Positions 57,404 to 64,000 of a stretch of 64,000 bases of DNA are shown here, in pieces. Origin of the DNA: Daphnia carinata (Eukaryota); contig NC_081333.1 of the NCBI RefSeq assembly GCF_022539665.2, positions 11,780,001-11,844,000 on the forward strand, given 5' to 3'. A program made the position numbers and the translations under genes. The notes under the pieces were generated by a model. That model saw only the letters and a program-made list of their open reading frames with translations, was not told where the DNA came from and searched no databases. How positions within the stretch are numbered: the stretch's first letter is position 1; each line of letters begins with the position of its first letter.

Positions 57404-59475
57404 TCGTCGACCACCGCGCAGCAAACGACGGACGCAGGTATAGGCGAAACCATTTCTTTTTTCCCAGGCGTCCGATTTTCCCAGGGTGTCTTCATATGTA
57501 ACTCGGTTCGGTTTTTTTTTTTTTTTTTTTTTTTTTTTCCTTTTTCCCTCTTGCCATCAAAATAATTTGACGTGATATATCAGTTCGAGATAATCATTTT
57601 TTTTTCGTGGATTTCAAATTTTTGAAAAAAAAAAAAAAAAAAAAAAAGAAAATAGTTCCCATTCCGAAAGAAAAAAAAAAAATATTGCAATTCGTTTGCG
57701 GTTGTCATTGAGGTTATCTGTTACCAGTTGGGATGTGAAATGCGCGATGCTAATGCCAAGGATGCGAATCGCGAAAGACCATTCGGCCAGCCCCTGTAGG
57801 AATTTGGCTTGAGTTGGCGCTTGGCTGGCCACGTAACAAGAAAATAAAACCATGTCGTGAATAACTATACAGCAACATGCATGAAACAAGATCGTAGTGC
57901 ACACCCATCACATGTTCATTATTTTATTTAATGCGAAAAAAAAAAAAAAAAAAAAAAGATTTCGCTTTTCACGAAAGAGAATTGCACGTTATCCCCTCAA
58001 ACTGATGCTCCGGGTATAGATTTTTTTTAAGCAAATGAGATATAAAAAAAAAAAAAAATGAAACAACCCAGAAATCCCCCGTATGCTTTCATGTTACCTA
58101 CATAACTTGTTTCAGCTCGTTGAACCGTTACACGCAGACATGGCCAACGAGAAAAATAGGTAACAAAAAAAAAAAAAAACTGCTAAATAAAAGTAGAGCA
58201 ATGATTATCATTGCCGATATGCAAAAAAAAAACACGAGGTCCTTCTTATCCCCCCCCCCCCCCCTTGGCTTTTAAGTTTATGGTGATTTTAGCTGGCGGT
58301 CTTTTCAACTCTTAAGTTAGTTGCTATGCGACGCTTCTTCGCCAAAGATTTTCTTTTATTTCACGTGCGAAGAACAAAAAACAAACAAAAAACAAACGAC
58401 TATAGTCATCCGGACGTTTAATATTATTCATCCGTTAGTAACACGGTCGTATTATGCTGGAAAAAAAAAAAGCAGAGTAGAACAACAGCCGGAGTCGACA
58501 TTCCTTTCCGTTGTTTGCTTCTGCAATTCCAGCACAATCAGAGGGAATATTCTACACATGTATAGATACACTCGGTCCGATGACATCTGTATATTTAAGC
58601 ATACATTTTTCTCGTTGTTTTTTTTTTTTTATTGAACTATTGTCGAGAGCAATTGAGACAAAACGCAGGAGCTAACAAGTGGATGAAGCAAAGTGCTCAT
58701 TAGCACGCCATCGAACAGTTCCATGAAGACACTACGTCGTTACGTTGCCAACCGCTTTACATGCTTTCCTCCCTCATAGTTCGTTTGAATGCACGTGTAC
58801 CTCGCCGTCTCTATTGTGCAGAAGGAAGAAAAAGATGATGAGAGTCATCGAGAAATTGTGGCTTAAAACGGTGCTCGTGTTATAACTCACGGGTGGGCCA
58901 TTGCACGAATTGATGTGATGTCTAATTTCTTAGTGATAAAAAAAAAGAAAAAAAGCAAAAGAATATTTTTACTATACGTACCATTTGAATAACGTATTTT
59001 TTGCTGCTCACGCTGAGAGCCATCAACAATTTCGAATCAAGTTGGGGGATGTTATCTACGTGACTCGTTGTTCGCTTAAGAGCCAATTGGATGCGGTTTC
59101 GATTCATTTTCACCCAGTGCAAAAAAAAAAAAAAAAATTAACTAACGTCTCGATTGTTTTGTTTGTCGTCCCTTTAAATAATACATCAACCGATGATAAT
59201 TATAATCATTCGCCGCCGCTACGGTCGGCCCGTCTTATCTGCGCTTTTCACGTGTCCCGCATTCAAATGGCTTTGAAGAGCTGCAAGAAATAAGGGTGGA
59301 CAATTCGTCAACTCGAAATGTCACCTCCCTACTGCCTTTTGTTGGTTGTTATTTCATTTCTTTGCGTTATTTGTAAACACCTTTTCACTCTTTTTTTCCC
59401 CAGTGTGTTACGTCCGCATCGAATAGACGTCCAGCTTCGTTGCATTTGTCTTTCGTGTCTATTTATCATCACACA

Positions 59476-59478
<3 letters not shown>

Positions 59479-59522
<44 letters not shown>
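59479..59522. repeat. (TG)22 microsatellite
   Basis: Perfect TG repeat. Confidence 0.95.
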
Positions 59523-59525
<3 letters not shown>

Positions 59526-62500
59526 AACGGGTCGTTCGTACATGGGAAAATACGTCAGCACTTAACCGACGTCATCATCAAGACAACAGAAAAAGAAAAA
59601 AGCCAGGCAGGTCTTTCCTCCCTGTGGCGGGCAGCCGTCGTGCGGCGGAATCTTCCACACAAAAATAAAGAGACGGATTGCCTTGTCACACTTGCATATG
59701 CCTAACGTGCACACGCAGCTGGAATCCAAAAACTGGGCAACCCTTTCTGGCGTTTGTGACGGGCTGCGGATTTTCACATCAACGGGTTTTTTTTATTTTT
59801 ATTTTTCTCAGAAATCGAATATGTACGCAAGTCGGCCTTCTAACATGTGTAGATGTTGTTGACATCAACCAGAAACAACTGTCTCCTGCGTGTGTAACAC
59901 CTTTTGCAACCGCAAAATGTTGGACCGCTTGTATATAAGATGGAATCTCTCCTTCGTTCTTATCATTTTCTTTTTTTTTATTTTTTTTAACGTGAAAATG
60001 ACACGCCATGTCGTCACGGAGTTTCTTACAAATGATGAATCCGCACTTTAGCTACCACTGGGTGGGTTTTTCTTTTTGGTGGCAAACAGGTGAAGATAGC
60101 AGGTAATTGACGCCAGGAACGGGCAAAATGAGGGGGAGGTTCATTCACGTTCAAGCTCCAAAATTGCCGCTACTTACGTGTCCTATTCTCTCCTTTTATC
60201 TTCTTCGATAATAGAGACACTACAAGGTTCAATGTGAAGTAGCATTACAAAGGATGATTTCACTTTAACTGTTATCTATCTCTTACCCCGCTCTCTTTGT
60301 AGATTCTTTTTGGCGTGGAAAGTGACGTGGCGACCACACGGCGAGTGTCTTCTTCTTTGAAAGTTTTCCCCCCGCTGCTCCTGATGTCGTTATTATCTTC
60401 TTGGTTGTACTGGAAAAATTTTTTTTTTGCATGTTTGGTTTGCGAGAGCAGATGTTGGATGAATGTTCTTGTATGTACAGAGAGAAAGGACACAGCGTTT
60501 TTATTTTGTTGAGGATCCAGAAGAAAAAAAAAAAGAGATTGAAAGAAAACAAAAGCGAAGTGCAGAGAGAAATCGTTATTTGTTTGATCCGCGTTGCTCA
60601 GACGTTGAGCTCAGTTTCCCTGGAAAAAAAAAAGGGCACGCACATTGGGATGTGAGAATAAAAAAAAAAAAAAAATACTTTGCTTTTTTTTTTTTTAAAT
60701 TTCATTTGGCTGTAGCCATTAATCACGACTCGATTTATTTGACGGTGCTTTTTCAGACGCCGAGAGTGATGTTTAATACAAACGGAGGGTTCTTTCATAG
60801 ATCTAGGCGCTCCGCTAGCGGTGGGCTTCTGCCGACATGTAAAAAGAATAAGATCGGCACGATAAAGTGGATTCACATTTTTTTTTATTTATAAAGAACG
60901 CATCGTGATGGCCAGCTGTCCTACCTCTAGCCGAACAGACACAAAAGCGTCACATGATTAATGTTTATCCGCACCACAGTCAAGTAGTCCTTGTATATTA
61001 CGATTCACGACGCATTACATGTTCATCTCTTCTTTAAAAGAAAAAAAAAAAAAAAAACACTGATCTAGATGGACTGTGTTTTTTTTTGTTAAATATTTTT
61101 AATGCAGAAAAGAAAGGAGAGGATTACGGGATTGTTTACCCCTACGGCCAAGTGAGCTATAAGATGATGTTCTATTGCGATAAGTCTCTTATGGACTCTT
61201 CTTGATGTTTGTTTAGCTGGCGGTATCTACCTGCGTCACTCCACTGGATGACTTCGTCTAAATTGACATAGCGGCAAACCCTTTTTCCCTTCGTTTTTTT
61301 TTTTTTTTTTTTTTTGGCAATATTCACTTCTCAATTAACTGCATTTTCGTATAAGGTTGGCTCATCAATTAGGAAAAATATCCCAATATATTTCTTGGCA
61401 GTCTATCCCATCACGGTTGGCATACGCGTTTTGACTTGTTGAGGCTACACAGTACTTCCCCTCCGTCATCATCATATATACATACCGTAACACCCAAAAC
61501 AAACACAGCGGGAAGAATTGGGACAGACTTAGCCTATCACACGAGTCCTGGGATGAATAACGACAAGTACCGACATCGTCGCCGGTGAAAAAGGAAAAAA
61601 ACAAAAAACAAAAATGGAAGCTTTATCGTAAATTGTCTGACAAAAAGTCAACACTTGAGAGGAAAGCAAACAAGAAAAAGGAAGGCGTCGTAGTTCCCAT
61701 ATCTTACGTGTATTATATAGCCAATTATAGTATGGTGTGATGTAGATGTACGTACGTACGTACAGGAGAGAAATGCAATTTTCAAGTCTATCACCACCAC
61801 CGGCAGCCCGTAGAAGGGAATAGGCGGTTGAAACGAGTGAACGAAGGACTTACTCTTGCGCGTCCCTCACACGAACATAGTGCGGCTGGAAATGTTCTTT
61901 TTTTTTTTTTTTTTTTTCTTTTCCTAATTTTCTTTTACGAGGTGGAGAAGCAAAAGAGGTGGAGTGGAAAGGCGACGGCGGCTAGCTGTCGTCAACGTTT
62001 AATGAGTCTGCTCTCAAGAAAAATTCGACCTCGAATATGGCGACGGCACTTCCCCTCAACTTGCTGGCACTCCCCGATACAAAAAATCTCATAAAACGAT
62101 GATGTCTGCCACTCATTTTGTGATTTCTATTTTGTTTTTTTGTTTCTTTTTTTGGCAGGGCTTCAACTTTATTTTGTGTTGTTTTTAAAAAATAAAACAC
62201 GGGAAGAAAAGACAGCGGGCCGGATACACCCACTAACTAATATTTAACACTGTGTTTTGTGCTGTGTGGACACATCGTCAAATGAGGCTTGTAAATGGTG
62301 TGAAAAAATTCGGGCAAAAAAAAAAAAAAGCGCGTGAACGGATATACGTAAGCGGCCGAAATGATGGTTAATAATTACGTAATAAAGAAGAGCGGCTAAG
62401 TTTTTATTTATTACACAGCCATGATATCCTTTGATGGCATAGTTTTTATTTTCTAAGTTGGTGGGATTGTTTGGCCGCCAACTCGTTCCCGTCTGTTTTT

Positions 62501-64000
62501 ATTTCGTTTCGTCCCGCATTTCCTGTAGTTCATCGTGACCAACTCCCGAGCTCCCCTTGCTAATAATGCACGAAAGTAATGTTAACAAGACTCAGCTTTT
62601 TTTTTTGCGCATATTTTTCGCCTCATTCGTTAAAAAAAATGAAAAAAAAAAAAAAGGAATGAAAAACAATGAACACATAGACGCAAAAACGTCACTAGTC
62701 CACGGATGAACTGACCCGTGGGCCCCAATGAGTTTGCGGTCAGTTCAGGCCATTGATCGAAATGTGTGGGAACGGACCAACTCCAGAAAATAAAGAATAA
62801 GAATTAAAACAAAGAAAGAAAGAAAAAAGAATAAAGAAATGAATAGAAGTCCAACAATGTTCTTGGCATTTGTACTGTACAGACTTGTATATGTTGCGTC
62901 AATGAGAGAGAGATAGATACGGGCCGATCCCTTCTTTTTTTTTTTTTGGGTCCCCCAACCGTGCCCACAGCAGCGTGCATTATATGCTGATTGCATCAGA
63001 AAGAAGGGCTAAAGGAAAGACAAAAAAGAAAAAAAAAAAAAAAAAAACGAAATAGCGTGAGAAAACCGCCAACGTCCGCTAATGGCACAACTTCGTTTAT
63101 TAGATAAATGTGGGATTGCTCTACGTAAAAGAAGAGACGAAAAAGAAAAAGGGAAGGTCTAGACTTGGCGAAGAGAAAAACTAAAAACGGCCGATTTTGT
63201 TAAATAAGAGAAAAAGAAAAAGTCGTTCAGATTTTTTTTTTTTTTTCTGACCGCCGTAGTTGTCCCTGCCGATCGAGCCATTTATTTTCAAAGAGAAAAA
63301 AAAATCGGGAAATTTCTCACGAAAAAAAAAAAAATGTTCTGTTTTCGTGTATGCGGTTGTACTTGAAAGAAAGAAATTAAATTCTTCTTTCAGTTCCCCC
63401 CACGTATTCAACTTTTTTTCGTTTTTATTGTTCACTTTTTGAAAATTGGCGCGCCGGGTTGTCCGCCACTGACGTGCGGGCAATATCAGTTGAACGTCTC
63501 CTAGACAGCCGACCACTTTGAGGTTTTTCAACTTTATTGAAAAAAAAAAAAAAGAAAAGAAACGAGTCCAGCAATGAACCTCAAGTCACACAGGACGAAT
63601 AGCCAGTTGTCATTATTCCAGCGAAGGGCCAGCAAAGGTAACATCTTTTTTTTTAATTCCAAGTCCTTTCAGATAGAATACCGGTAAATTGTTGGTTACA
63701 GAGGTGAAAAAAGAGAGGAGAAAAATGGAGGTTATACGAGACTCGGTATGGACCATTTCGCTCTCAACGACCGCGGTAGCATTTTGACATGATGGCACGG
63801 CCTTGATGACATAGGGCGGAACTATAAAACAACAACAAAAAGAAGAAGAAGAAGAAGAAAAAAAGGGTATGATACCTTATTTGTTTAATGCAGATGAAAT
63901 AGCCGATTGCGACAACACATACGTACACGTTTGTGTCACTCCATCAATTTGATACGCGCAGATCTCTCGTACTTTTCGTAACATTTTCTAACAACAAATC

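Noticed and set aside
32600..64000. Many 60-160 aa ORFs with poly-Phe or poly-Lys
   Set aside because: They are translations of T/A homopolymers and microsatellites, with no domain-like content or consistent exon structure.

Overview
Eukaryotic (arthropod) genomic DNA. The ~60-70 bp GT-AG introns, very short intergenic gaps and long A/T homopolymers suggest a compact crustacean genome such as Daphnia (inference). The window has two halves. Positions 1-30,000 are a dense block of spliced genes: the 5' end of phospholipase C-gamma, a CaaX-tailed coiled-coil protein, a HIRIP3-like histone chaperone, an unknown secreted protein, beta-COP, STARD10-like, CLPB/Skd3, a C11orf96-like protein, XPNPEP1, a 5-exon Gly-rich secreted protein absent from the ORF track, and cyclin H. 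After a ~1.6 kb degenerate repeat element (30.7-32.3 kb), the remaining ~32 kb hold only one gene I can identify, an intronless atonal-family bHLH factor. It sits in homopolymer- and microsatellite-rich non-coding DNA with many Su(H)-type sites. Three genes carry a frameshift in an A-run that is one base short, most likely a systematic assembly error. I found no CRISPR array, tRNA, rRNA or convincing novel multi-gene system. The best leads are the orphan or small genes and the regulatory architecture. All family assignments come from my recall of known proteins, not from database searches.
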